Origin: Selaginella moellendorffii
Lineage: Eukaryota; Plantae; Lycopodiophyta
Length of the DNA stretch: 64,000 nucleotides
Direction: 5' to 3'
NCBI RefSeq assembly: GCF_000143415.4
Contig: NW_003314299.1
Span: forward strand, 420,229-484,228
Position numbers and translations under genes: made by a program. The first letter of the stretch is position 1. Each line of letters begins with the position of its first letter. Positions 1-11,304 of this stretch are shown in pieces. Under the pieces are notes generated by a model, which worked only from the letters and a program-made list of their open reading frames with translations, did no database searches and had not been told where the DNA came from.

Positions 1-839
1 CCTGACACCCTTAGGATGCCCCAAAAATAGGGAACACCCTTCCCTAATATCCCTACCAAGTCCCACTCTATCCACAGTAGTGTTCGTCAACACAGCCACT
101 AAGTCAAAGCATAAAGGCTCAACCATTAAATCCCACTGACCTTTGGGATCCTTACCACATGACCATGCCCTCGGTCACTACACAAGAGGATTGTTCCTCT
201 TCTTTTCCATAGTCCGAGAACATTTCGAAACACTATGCCCTTAAGTTATTAGGAGAATATTACTGATACTTACTTGAGCAACTTTAGTTCCTAAGTATTA
301 TTGATTAAGACTTATTTTGATTGACTAAAGTAACAATTGGCATGAATTAATGTTTGTTTGCTCTTACAATATTCATTCTAATATATTAATTGTTGCAAAA
401 GCTGGTTCTAATGGATTTGGATATTATTTCTTTTGAGTGATACATTTATGAGCATTTTACTTGTCTAAGTTAATGATGCAAGCCTTATAAATACTCTCCC
501 CATTTTCCGCCTTTAAGTGCCCTAGTCATGTGGCCATACCAATTATCCAAGTAGGTAGTGCCACCTACACTTGGATTGGGAGTATTGATAATTTAATCTC
601 CCAGAGGAGCTAGAGCCGACTCTTGAACACTTCACCAAGTTACCCCATTTGTTTATTCGTGTTCACTTTAGCCTTGGACTCTTCAATAGTTATATCATCA
701 CCCACCATATGAGTATAGCCTTCCTTAGTCACACTAGCATTTCCTAGTCAAACTGGTTCTACTAAAGTCCTCCCCTACTATCCTTTTGGAGCTCACCAAA
801 CCCCCTAGAGTCTAGGAGACAATTGCTTTGGGCTTTTAC

Positions 840-1010
840 TTTCGGACTCGATCTTGGTCTTAGATTCGATCTTGATCTTGGACTTAGCCTTTATTTTGGA
901 TCTGGTCTCGGTTTCTATCTCGGACTCAACCTTGGGCTCCATCTCAGACTCCATCTCAAACTCTATCTCGGGTCCATCTCAGGTTTATCTTAAACTTGAT
1001 ACTAGTCTTC
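840..1010. repeat. Degenerate short-period (about 6/12 bp) tandem repeat, Arg/Ser/Pro-coding-like on the minus strand; possibly a decayed retroelement gag linker
   Basis: Recurring units such as ATCTCGGACTC, ATCTCAGACTCC and GATCTTG. There is no ORF and the flanks look like decayed coding sequence. Confidence 0.45.
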
Positions 1011-2015
1011 TTATGTCCCTTTTCTAGAGTCTCACTTATTGATTACTTCGTACTCGTTCCTCAAGCAATTTGTCAAGAGTTCCACTCTTGCTCTTGACTT
1101 TTCGAGTTAGAGCTTTTAGTCTAAATGTGTTACTCTAATTTAATTTCTATTTCAACATTACCATATAGCACCCTCTTGGGTCTTAGGGATTTATATCTCA
1201 CAGTATAGTGAAATTTTTAGTCATAGGGTAGCTATTGTAAATTGGTCACATAATCCATTTCTTTCTCAATATTCTTAATTCTGACAAAAGGGTGTGACTA
1301 TGTAAACAAATCTAACTTCCTATTTACAAATAATTTATCTAAATCTTACTGACAAGTTTGGTTTGTTTACTAGAGCCTTTATCTTCTCTCTCTCTATTTT
1401 ACCTATACCTAATAGTTAGATCTACAAATGGGCTTAATAATTCCTTGATATATAGTTATGGATGATAGATTAGAAGTTTAAGCTTAAGTTTGACTAGGAG
1501 GTTGGCTCATTGGAAATATGATTTTCTTTCTTATTATACTCCTTCTGTGGGAACAAAGAGAAAATCCAAAGCTTTGCTCTTCAATATATCCAAGGTGATG
1601 ATCATCCAATAATTGCCAAAGACAAACCCACCTCTCATTGCAAGTTCCTTAGATTAAATGGCAACTCAAGTAAATATAATTGTGCTATGGCTTTAATGTT
1701 TTATAATTCAAAGAAACAAGTGGGAAGAGGAGATCTAAATGTAGATGTCCACAAGGGGATAAGCTAAAAAGACATCCTGTTGTATTACAAGTAGACACAC
1801 ATTTCCTTTACTTTTTCTTTTCTAGATATCAATTTTAAACACAGTTTATTTCTAAAATAAGTAGAAAAACTAGTATTAAACACTGATTAAAAACTAATTT
1901 TAAGAGTGTAGAATACCTTACAAATTATAAATACCCATAAATAATACTTGATGAGAAATATTCTTTAGGTGATTTTAATATAATTATTTGTACATTCAAA
2001 CAAGCAGCAAGAGAC

Positions 2016-2447
2016 ATGATTAAGGTGTTGCACCTTGCCATTCTCTCAGCCGCATGCACCTTCTTCTCCAAATTCCAAAACGTTGCCATTTGTTCATGGC
2101 TCCAGCCATTTCTCCTCTTGCATTTCTTCCACAAATCAAGGATTTCATGCAATTCTTGCTTATGGCACTCTATGGCGCTCACAATTCTCCTGGCACTCCT
2201 CCTCCAGACCACCACCATGAGCCTAGCATTCCTGGCATTCTTCCCAGGAAAGGTGACCGGACAGCTCCACGGCCTGCAGCGTGCCAAATGTGGGAATAAT
2301 CTGGGCATTGGCGCTGTGGGTGTTTCTTCTCCTCCCATTTCTTGCAAGCATCAGCTACAGGAAGTGTTTTGATCAAGCAAGAATGTCCCAGCCACTAGTA
2401 TTTACGTCAATCTAGACCATGGTGTGGTTCTTGTGGAATCAATTTGG
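2016..2447 (+). pseudogene. Inverted 5' fragment of the Lnt-like N-acyltransferase gene; its upstream region (about 1560-2015) is duplicated with it
   Basis: MIKVLHLAILSAACTFFSKFQNVAICSWLQPF... matches the N-terminus of 39190-40395(-). It frameshifts after FFPGKV and is cut at about 2447 by Gypsy sequence. Confidence 0.9.
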
Positions 2448-2449
2448 CT

Positions 2450-5095
2450 TATGGCTATTCTCAAGTTCTATACTTTAAAGTGTGTGAATGATATTTAACA
2501 CTTTTTAAGCAAAGTATACTATCTCGGCCATTTTGTTGATCACTGCACTATTACAAACATTGTTGAAGCTATTAACATCATCTTTCCCTTAGTTCGTGGA
2601 TTGTAAGTGGGCATTTACAAATCTCAAAGAGTTGTTGACAACTCCTCTAGTTTTGGCATATCCTAACTACACTTGAGTTTTCATTTTGGATGTGGATGCT
2701 TCTAATATCGATCTTGGAAGTATGCTGATGCAAGAGAGCTTGAGTGTGCTTGGTCAACGATCCCATTGTATACATCAGCCGTACATTACACCAGTGGAGA
2801 TGAACTACTCCACGATAGAGGAGTGTTTAGTAGTACTTTAGGGTTTCGAGAAACTTTATGCCTATTTATATGATTCTCAAACATTATTAAAAAGTGATCA
2901 TACTACAGTTACTTCATTATTGAAGTAAAGATCTTGGTTGGTCATATTTTTCAGTAGGCTTTGAAGTTTCACATAAACTCTTAAGTTTGGACTTCCCAAA
3001 AAATCATCTAACCTAGTACTAAAGACACTTAACCCTAAATATCTCAAAACCCTTAGGGTTCAGACCCTTTTCTTTTATATTTAAAGTTTTATATATTGTT
3101 TTTTGAGTTATTCTTTTTGGTTGCTTACAATCTATTGTGCTTCCTTGCAAATTCACACCCTTATGAACAAAAGTTGAAAGTTGTAGCTCTTTTAAGAGCC
3201 CCACTCTTTTGACATCCTACCCCTTAAGTCAAGCTCAGCCAAAGTTGCTATATGTCAATCTCAACATATGGTATAGTTCCTTTAAGCTAACCAATAGAGT
3301 TAGACTTGAGACCAACTCCTATACCAACTATAAGCTCTTGAGTTTAGACTTCTTAGGAGGTTACCCAGCTCAGTATTGTTCAAAACTAATAATGTTTAAT
3401 CCTAAATATCCCAAGACCCTTAACTAATTGGAAAATGAGGTGCACTCTTATTCATAGGCCATTTCTTTTTATATTTAAATCCTGATAGACCGTCTCTCGA
3501 GTCTCTCAAGTGTACACTTGATATATAAATTTGATGTTGTTCATTGCTTAAAGAGTTTTATAGTTAATGTTGATGCCCTTTCTTGAGCTCTTTCTTTACT
3601 CTCTTCTCATGTTTTTAACAAGCTTATTATTCCAACATTTATGGATTTTTAGAATAAGGATTTTGTGTTGTCAATGATTGCTATACTTGATATTCAGTGT
3701 CCTCAAGGTGTAGAGCAAGAATTACCTTCTCTTGATGAGGTTGGTGAGGTTCAAAAGGTTGAGCCATGGATCCGAAGGCTTCACAATAAATTTGAGAATC
3801 TTGCATCATTTGCTAATAACTTGCCATTTCAGCATTTACATTTTCAATATCATTTGAGGATGACTTTCTTTACTTTATGGGGATGGATTTTAATGATCAT
3901 TTACGGTTAATGGTGTTTTCAATTTTTATTCCACATTTTCTTCATGCCTACCATGATTCTCCTATTCTAAGTGAGCATATGGGACATTATTGTGTGATTA
4001 AAAAGTTAAACAAGTCTATCTATTGGCCGAAAATATGACGTGATATTATCTAATATGTGCATAGCTACATTTGACGCCAAACTTGTAATACTCTCTCTTG
4101 TGTTATGGAAAGATGGTTGAAGTCAATTGCAAATTCCCATCCATTTAACTTAGTGGCATTTGATCTGATGGGGCCTTTTCCATGGTTGACTGTTGGTAAT
4201 GAATATGTTATCATTGCTTATGACTACTTGATTTATTAAGTAGAAGTCAAAGCTTTTGCTAGTGTGTTTACAACTATTATTAGATCCTTCCTCCTCAATC
4301 AAGTGGTGTTCCAACATTCCTATCCAAAAAACATTCTTCTAGATAATGGTCCCACATTTATAGCTAAGGCATTTTATATCTTAATATCTTGATTGGGGAT
4401 ACACCATAATTTTACGAGTGATTATCATCCACAATTAGATGGTTTGATAAAACGGCTTGTTTGGACATTTAAAGAGGTGATCACAAAGTATGTGATATGA
4501 ACTTTTAGCATTCAGATTGGGATAATTATTTGCTGTCCTTTCGGTATGTATATGTCACATGGGTGCAGAGTTCTATTGGTGCTTCACCATATAAACTTCT
4601 ATATAGTCATAATCCAATATTACCAAATTGAGTTTACGTTCATGATTGCCAAGAGTTGCCAATGTTAGGTTTTGGGATCAATATATGACAAGCATTCTTC
4701 CACTAATCCAAGCAAAGTCTATTAAACACTTGAGCTATATACAAGTGGGACAACAATAGCATTATAATTCCCATCATTATTCACCTGTGAAGTATAAAGT
4801 AGATGACTTTGTGTTAGTCTATTTTCCCAATTTTACGGTACATGGTTTGTCTAAAGGGCTTCTTGCTCAATGGAAAGGACTGTATTAGATGTTGCAGGAA
4901 GTTGAACTGCAAGTTTATGAGGTTTGGCATGACGTCTAACAAGCTGATCCTCTAGAAATTGTGCATGTGTAGCAATTAAAACACTTCATATAAAGGGATC
5001 AAGAACAATTGACACCACTTACAAATTCACTAATGTGTTCTTAACTTATCCATTAGAGAACTTTGATTGTCTTCCATCATTCAAAGAGGAGGGGA
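2450..5095 (+). mobile_element. Degenerate Ty3/Gypsy pol relic (RT end, RNase H, integrase) ending in a polypurine tract
   Basis: Manual translation gives YYLGHFV (RT end), KELLTTPLVLAYPN...FILDVDASNIDLG (RNase H) and PFNLVAFDLMGPF...LDNGPTF...YHPQLDGLIKR (integrase core), with many stops. AAAGAGGAGGGG at 5083-5094 is followed by TG. Confidence 0.85.
2980..3480. repeat. AT-rich interspersed repeat inside the Gypsy relic, related in inverted orientation to the cassette intergenic regions (about 31450-31800 and 41020-41330)
   Basis: AATTGGAAAATGAGGTGCACTCTTATT...TTCTTTTTATATTTAA closely resembles the reverse complement of about 31655-31710. Confidence 0.5.
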
Positions 5096-5913
5096 TGCCA
5101 AGTGTATGGTTACAATGTTGTATATTAATATTAACGTAGTGGGATTTTGATAGCCGATAGATTAGTTTCAATCTAGACCACTTGCTCCTATATATAAACT
5201 AAAGTTTTTGGGCTAATTGATATGCATATTTTTGTATTCCATTTCCATATTCCATACATTCACAACTTAAAAAAAAAAGGAAATGTATATATGTAATACA
5301 AGACTCCTTCCAACATTTGCATCTCTTTTCTTTTAGATTTTAAAATATTAGAGATATGGCATAATTATATTTGCTTGAGCTACCACTGATTTAGGGTCTC
5401 TTGGATATTTGATGTGGCTACAAAGATAGGATTATCATGACATTCTAGCTCACTATCACTTAAAGAATTTACACTTTTGTGGTTCCTTTAATTCTTGGAT
5501 TATAAAGCTTTGGATTTTTGCTTTATTCCCACCAAGCTGCTAAACCTATTGGAAGCAATCAAATATATATTCTATAATAGGAGTCTATAACAATCTAACT
5601 AGGTCAATTACATCAAACTTTTAACTTATTTGTAGATTTATTAATTAATCTAACCATTGGGACTGCCATGCCACCTCCACCACTAATACAGTATGTATTT
5701 AATTTTGGAAAGAATCAATCACCAAGATTCCAAGAATGAGGGAAAGAAGCCAATTAGAGTAAAAATGGTGTTAGAGTAAGAGATACACCCATTTCAACAA
5801 CCATGACATGGTCATGTTAATGGCCATATCTCATGAGGAATGTAGAGCTAGAAGACTGAGTAATAGGGTGTAAGATTGATTATAATCAAAATTTGTGGCA
5901 ATAAATTTAGGAA

Positions 5914-6013
5914 NNNNNNNNNNNNNNNNNNNNNNNNNNNNNNNNNNNNNNNNNNNNNNNNNNNNNNNNNNNNNNNNNNNNNNNNNNNNNNNNNNNNNNN
6001 NNNNNNNNNNNNN
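5914..6013. other. Assembly gap (others at 49527-49640, 55159-55258 and 55987-56086)
   Basis: Runs of N. Confidence 1.
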
Positions 6014-6067
6014 TAAAAGGAACCATCCACTTGCTGATGATCCTTCCTTAGCAACAAGCTCATTGAG

Positions 6068-7726
6068 ATGTTTGGCAAATATGGAAGCCCACAAGTGGCA
6101 CGCCAAATCTTTGATACCATCAAACACAAAGACTCCTTTTCGTGGGCTTTCATGTTTCGAGCTTACGCCCAAAACTCCCATCTTAAACATGCAAAAGAGA
6201 TCTTCGACAAAATGCCGCAAAAGGATGTCCTTGCATGGACATCCATGCTCTTGGCATATGCCCGGAGTGGGCATATTCTCAATGCCCAAAAAACATTTGA
6301 TGAGATGCCGCAACACAGCCTTCTCTCGTGGAATGCAATCTTGTCAGTCCACGCACACAGCTGGGATCTAAAAACTGCCGAGAGGACTATCTCTGGGATG
6401 CCCGAGTATGATCTCGTGTCGTGGAATTCCATTCTTGCGGCATATGCCCGGAACGGGCATGTAGAGGGAGCGAAACGTGTTTTCGATTCTATGGAGGCTC
6501 GTGACCTTGTGTCATGGACGACAATCTTGGTTGCCTTGTCGCAGGGCGGAGATTTGCACGGAGCAAAGCTTTTGTTTTATGCAATGCCGCAGCACGATCT
6601 CGTCGCCTGGACCGCGATGCTTGGCGCGTACGCACTGAACGAGGATGTCGATTCAGCACAGAGGATTTTCCGCGAGATGCCTGAGATAGATCTCGTTTCT
6701 TGCAACACCGTGATGCGATGCTGCCGTGATGCTAGACAATCAAAGCTTATATTTGACTCCATGCCGCAGAGAGCTCTCTCGTCGTGGACAACAATGCTCG
6801 CTGTTCTTGCCAAGAACAGCCCCGGGGAGGAAACCAAGAGCTTTTTCTATCAAATGCCGGAGCTTGATCTTACTTCCTGTACGATAATGCTGCTCTCACA
6901 ACCCTCAGACTTGGAGCTTGTGAAGGCCACCTTTGATCAAATGCCGCAGCGAGACCTGTGCTCTTGGAACTCTATTCTTTCGGCGTATGCTCAATCAGGG
7001 CATTGTGACTTTGCTTTAAGACTCTTTAACGAGATGCCCGAAATGGATATGGTTTCGTGGAACACAATGTTAAATGCGTTTGTTCTAACTAGCAAACTAC
7101 GTGAAGCTGCTTTACTCTTTCATAGCATGCTAGAACGCAACGTTGTGACCTGGGATGCTTTGATATCTGCATTTTCCCGAGAAGGCCATATTGTATACGC
7201 AAGGAAACTTTTTGATACAGCCCCTGACAGAGACCAAATCTTGTGGAGCTCCATGATAGCTTCATATGCACAAGTAAGCACCACTGCCAGCAAGGCCTTT
7301 CATCTCTTCAACGAAATGCAGGCCGTCGATTCCCCAAACACATCGTGCTTCGCATCCATCTTGGCCGCAAACAGCCACAAAGGCAGCTTTCAAGCGGGAA
7401 AGAGCTTCTTCGCTTCCATGGTTGTGGATCACGCCATTGAGCCCACAAGGCAGCACTACAGTTGCATGGTAGATCTCTTGAGCCGAGCCGGCCACCTTCA
7501 CGACGCCAAAGATCTAATCTTAAGCATGCCGTTCGTTCCCAGTGCTCTCGAGTGGACGTGCCTTCTTGGAGCATGCAAGAGCCACGAGGATTATAACAAT
7601 CTTAGACTGGGAGACGATGTAGTGAGATCTGTAATGGACGTAACCGACGCAAGCCCCAAGACACCCTATGCTTTACTAGCAAACGTCTACACAAGCTCCC
7701 AAACAAAAAATCCACGCTATATGTGA
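6068..7726 (+). CDS. PLS-class PPR protein with tandem 31-aa S/SS-type motifs and a C-terminal E1/E2 region, no DYW domain (PPR-A copy 1); the true start probably lies in the gap at 5914-6013
   Basis: 552-aa ORF with 31-aa periodicity (FDxMPxxDxxSWxxMLxAY) and HYSCMVDLLSRAG...WTCLLGAC...YALLANVY. Other copies have about 44 more N-terminal codons. A 1-nt difference next to the gap may be a real frameshift or a sequence error. Confidence 0.9.
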   Translation: MFGKYGSPQVARQIFDTIKHKDSFSWAFMFRAYAQNSHLKHAKEIFDKMPQKDVLAWTSMLLAYARSGHILNAQKTFDEMPQHSLLSWNAILSVHAHSWDLKTAERTISGMPEYDLVSWNSILAAYARNGHVEGAKRVFDSMEARDLVSWTTILVALSQGGDLHGAKLLFYAMPQHDLVAWTAMLGAYALNEDVDSAQRIFREMPEIDLVSCNTVMRCCRDARQSKLIFDSMPQRALSSWTTMLAVLAKNSPGEETKSFFYQMPELDLTSCTIMLLSQPSDLELVKATFDQMPQRDLCSWNSILSAYAQSGHCDFALRLFNEMPEMDMVSWNTMLNAFVLTSKLREAALLFHSMLERNVVTWDALISAFSREGHIVYARKLFDTAPDRDQILWSSMIASYAQVSTTASKAFHLFNEMQAVDSPNTSCFASILAANSHKGSFQAGKSFFASMVVDHAIEPTRQHYSCMVDLLSRAGHLHDAKDLILSMPFVPSALEWTCLLGACKSHEDYNNLRLGDDVVRSVMDVTDASPKTPYALLANVYTSSQTKNPRYM

Positions 7727-7766
7727 AATCTAAGGACTTACTCTCTCCTGTACACATGAAGTCATT

Positions 7767-7967
7767 TTAATCACCTCCGCCACAGCCCCCACCGCTACAG
7801 CCTCCGCCACCACCACAGCCTCCTCCACCGTGGCCTCCACCGTGGTCACCCCCAGAGCCTCCACTGTGGCCTCCACCATGGTGGCCACTGCTAAACATTG
7901 CTCCCACGAAATCGGAGCGTCTTCTTGGCTTTCGCCTTTTTGGCGATGCAACGAAACTGAAACACAT
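7767..7967 (-). CDS. Small basic Gly/His/Cys-rich peptide A (66 aa, MCFSF...KRRKPRRRS...GGGHGGGGCGGGGGC)
   Basis: ORF conserved across four copies with in-frame indels. TATA-like TGTATAAG lies about 43 nt upstream, and the start context CAATCCAAA-ATGTGTTTC is shared with peptide B. Confidence 0.7.
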   Translation of the reverse strand: MCFSFVASPKRRKPRRRSDFVGAMFSSGHHGGGHSGGSGGDHGGGHGGGGCGGGGGCSGGGCGGGD

Positions 7968-8334
7968 TTTGGATTGATTGCTTGCATGCAAGGGGGCATA
8001 ATCTTCTGCTTATACACAGGCTAGAAGGCAATTTGAGACTTTGACCCAGAGGAAGCCACGAAGAAAGCAATGATAGCGCGTGGACCTGGAGAAGTTTATG
8101 CAATCAGTGTCACGTCGTGACACTTCATCAGAGTGTTCAAGAAACGCAAGACGTGCATTTGTCTATCGAACCTTTGAGGAATACGTGCATAAAATCTCGT
8201 CAAATTGCGCGTGAAGGAAGTTGCTTTGCTTGCTCCATATGGTCAGGCCTTGTGGCCAATCAGATGTTCTCCTGCCTAGTATATAAGCGCAAGCCTCCCC
8301 CCATCGATCATACCTTTATCTTGCGCAATCCAAG
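7968..8334. promoter_or_regulatory. Putative bidirectional promoter between peptide genes A and B
   Basis: 367-bp spacer with outward-facing TATA-like boxes (8009-8016 on -, 8280-8287 on +), palindrome AGTGTCACG-T-CGTGACACT at 8106-8124, two ACGTGCAT motifs and a CCAAT box. Conserved in all four copies. Confidence 0.6.
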
Positions 8335-8523
8335 ATGTGTTTCGGTTTCTCTCAATCCTCTAACAGGCGAAAGAAGAGGCGAAGGCGCTCGTCTGCAGCA
8401 ACGGGCGCCTTCATGGGGGCTGCAATCGGCAGTGGTGGCGGAGGCGGCACTGGCGGCGGTGGTGGTGGTGGTGGTGGCTGCGGAGGAGGCGGTGGTGGAG
8501 GCGGCGGCGGTGGAGGCTGCTAA
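8335..8523 (+). CDS. Small basic Gly/Cys-rich peptide B (62 aa, MCFGF...RRKKRRRRS...GGGGC-stop)
   Basis: ORF conserved across copies, TATATAAG 48 nt upstream, and homologous to peptide A at the N-terminus. Confidence 0.7.
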   Translation: MCFGFSQSSNRRKKRRRRSSAATGAFMGAAIGSGGGGGTGGGGGGGGGCGGGGGGGGGGGGC

Positions 8524-8838
8524 ATACTCTGTATGAGAAATAATGAATGTTCCTTGGTTTTCCAAAACTTCCTCAAATAATACGTTGTATTGAACTTGTT
8601 TGTTTTTTACAGCCAAGGATTGAGCTGGCCACGATCTTAGCACTGTTTTGGAACTAGTAAGTAGAATCTCGTAGAATCTATTCAGCAATTCTATGTACTT
8701 CAGGTACTATAGTGATTCAGGTAAAATCCAAAAAAAAGGGAAACATCCACTTACAATACAACGTTTTGGGCTCTCTTCTCTTGTCTTCTCTCGAGCAAAA
8801 GCTTTGATTCTTTTAGCTCTCTCTCGCCTCCTGTTTTC

Positions 8839-10295
8839 TTATGATTCGCGTCGGGTTCTCCTTTGGCGGGCGCCCTCGCCTTCCTTCTCAATCTCGTTGC
8901 CAGCCGCGTCGTCCTCCGCCTTGTCCTTGGAATCGTCCGGGCTGGAGATGTCTTCCTTCTTGGACTTTTCTACAGTCACCTGCGCAAGACAAACAACCAT
9001 GAGAATCCAAAACTCGCGCAACGCTATTGGCTAATTGTACCGTTGTCTTCATGGGGGGCGATTTCTTGCCACCTAATAGAATCTTAAACAGCGTGACCAC
9101 CACGACGAGCGGGTTCAAAGCTATGGCGCTCAAAGAAATGGTTGGGAACTTCTCGGCCTTCACCAGAAGATCCTGTCACAAACGAAAAGAAAGTTAGAAT
9201 ACGAGACAAAGTCCATGCTCGTGTGTTTTACTTACAAGAATCTTTTCCTTCTGTGACGCCAAAGCCGGGATGTCGGCAACCTTGCGCAGGTACTCAAACA
9301 TCTTTGCCTGAAAAGATTCGAGGTCGTCACACACACAAAGAAAAAATAAAACGACAAAAGAAGACAAAGGAAAAGTACCTGGATGCCGTCAGGACTCGGA
9401 GTCGCTTCTTCAATCTTTTGCTTCTCCTTCTCAGCCTCGTCCTTGGGCTTCCATTTCGTCTCCCTGTACTCTGCTGCCACAGCCCGGTCGCCACCAGGAT
9501 GTTGTCAAAAAGAATGCCGTCCTGCATCGTCCAGATCTCGATTCCTATCGCCGAGATCGGCTCTAGGTCCGGCCTGTCCAACTCGAAGTACTCCGGGTTC
9601 GGTATTTGCTTCGGAACCCAGATCCCCTTGTAAGCCGGGTTGTCGATCATCGGAGGATACCACTTCCCCTTGTAGTCCGGGTTCCTCTTCATGGGCCTCT
9701 TCCATTCTCCACACCCAGACGCTTCCTCACACTTTGGGTTGCTGATCTTCGGGGGCTCCCACTCGCCATCCTCCTCGTCGTCCCAGTCCGCGGGCTTGCT
9801 AGCTTCGGGATCGTCAACCTCGTCCGGCTCGTTGTCCAGCCAGTCATCGGGCTTGACCGCCTCCGCGTCCTCGATCTCCAGTGGAGCGTCCTCGTCCCAA
9901 TCGGGCTTGGTCGCTTCCGGATCGGGGATCTTCACCCGCTCGTCCCAGTCCTCGGGCTTCTTGTCGTCGGGATTGGGGATGGTCTTGGGCGGGATCACAA
10001 TCGCTCGAGAGGAGGTCGACGCTCTTCTCCTCCTTGCCGTCGACGAGGATCTTGAGCGTGTTGTTTGGGTAGATCACTGTTGTGTAGACGTGAGAGAGCT
10101 TGTCAGCCACTGGCGATGGCGGGTACTTGAGGTGATGCTCGATGTGCTTGTCAGATTTGGGGCCCTTGTGCTTGTAGATGAAGTGGACGTTGTTGGTGGT
10201 GCTGCATTTGTCTGGCCCAAACATGATTGAGTAGGGGGATTCGTTGCTAAAATTGCCAGGCATCCATCCAGCCTCTTGCAGGAGAAGGAACTTGA
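8839..10295 (-). pseudogene. CNX: Calnexin homologue, 5'-truncated and frameshifted (copy 1)
   Basis: PYSIMFGPDKC, P-domain repeats (KPEDWD, GxWxxPxIxNPxY), [18 protein letters not shown], a TM exon and a RRTRRES C-terminus. Short GT-AG introns in the 3' part, small deletions near 9483 and 10000, and no signal-peptide region. Confidence 0.9.
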
Positions 10296-10659
10296 AAAGT
10301 TCAAAAGCTCGGGGTAGTTAGGTGGTGAAGAACCTAAAGAAGAGATTAAATCTTTTATTTTCACACTAACATTAATAATGAAACCCAATTCGATTCTCGT
10401 GGCTAACAGAATTAGTTTGGTAAACCCTAAAAGAAGTAAAGAGTATAATCGCAGATGACCATTCCTTGGCATAAAGAGGATTGTTAAGCACCAAATAGGA
10501 TAGAAAAAGGGCTTATAAACAAAACCCTCTTTTGAAAAGAATGCACACTTCAAGCTTTTACCTGAGTTAAGGAAGTGACAAATAATCTTTGAAACAATCA
10601 CAAAAACTTATTAAATATAAAATAACATTAAATTGCAAATTTGGATGCAAGAATAATTT

Positions 10660-11304
10660 AACAAAATGCCATGTTAGAGTTTAGTATGGTTTCTATATGT
10701 CTATGCAGGATCAAGAGATATGGACTTGACACCACGATTTTTCAATAAAATGCCATACCAGAAACTAGTTTCTTGGAACACTATGCTTGATGCTTATGCC
10801 CAAAATGGGGTTCAATGCAATGGTGGAGAAGGACGTAATTTCTTGGACTATAATGCTTGCTGGCTATGGCCTTAGTGGCCAAAGTTCACTTGCAAGAAAA
10901 ACTTTTGCCCAGATGCCAGGGAAGAACGAAGTTTCTTGGGAGCAATGCTCACTGCATGTACCCAAGCAGGGGATTCGGTTTCTGTGTTTGAGTTGTTTCA
11001 CACTATGCAGATGGCTGGCATTTACAACCAAGTTGGATTTGTCTCTGCTCTCAATGCTCACGGCCAAGTTGGCAGTGTTAAATGTGCTTGAAGTTGCTTT
11101 GTTTCAATGGCTTTTGACTGTGGCATTCAGCCATGTCACCAGCATTACTCCTGCATAATCGATGGCTTGGCAAGAGTTGGTTACACTGACAATGCAAGAG
11201 AACTCATTGGAAACATGCCATTTGTTCCCACTTCTTTGGATTGGCTGTGCCTTTTAGCTGCATGTCAGAGCCTTGAGTGTGGAACCTGCATATTCCAGTC
11301 ATGA
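10660..11304 (+). pseudogene. PPR-B 3' fragment (PPR motifs plus E region), frameshifted
   Basis: Homologous to 22310-23037 (HYSCIIDGLARVG...MPFVPTSLDW). Split over several frames and cut off by the Tat-like relic. Confidence 0.85.

Noticed and set aside
5096-5280. Possible 3' LTR of the Gypsy relic
   Set aside because: A TG after the PPT and a TATA are present, but no partner LTR or clear end is visible in the window.
7730-8536. Alternative-frame Val/Ala/Glu-rich or Thr/Ala-rich ORFs over the peptide genes
   Set aside because: Other frames of GGN repeats. Only the MCF frames share start context, TATA spacing and mutual homology.
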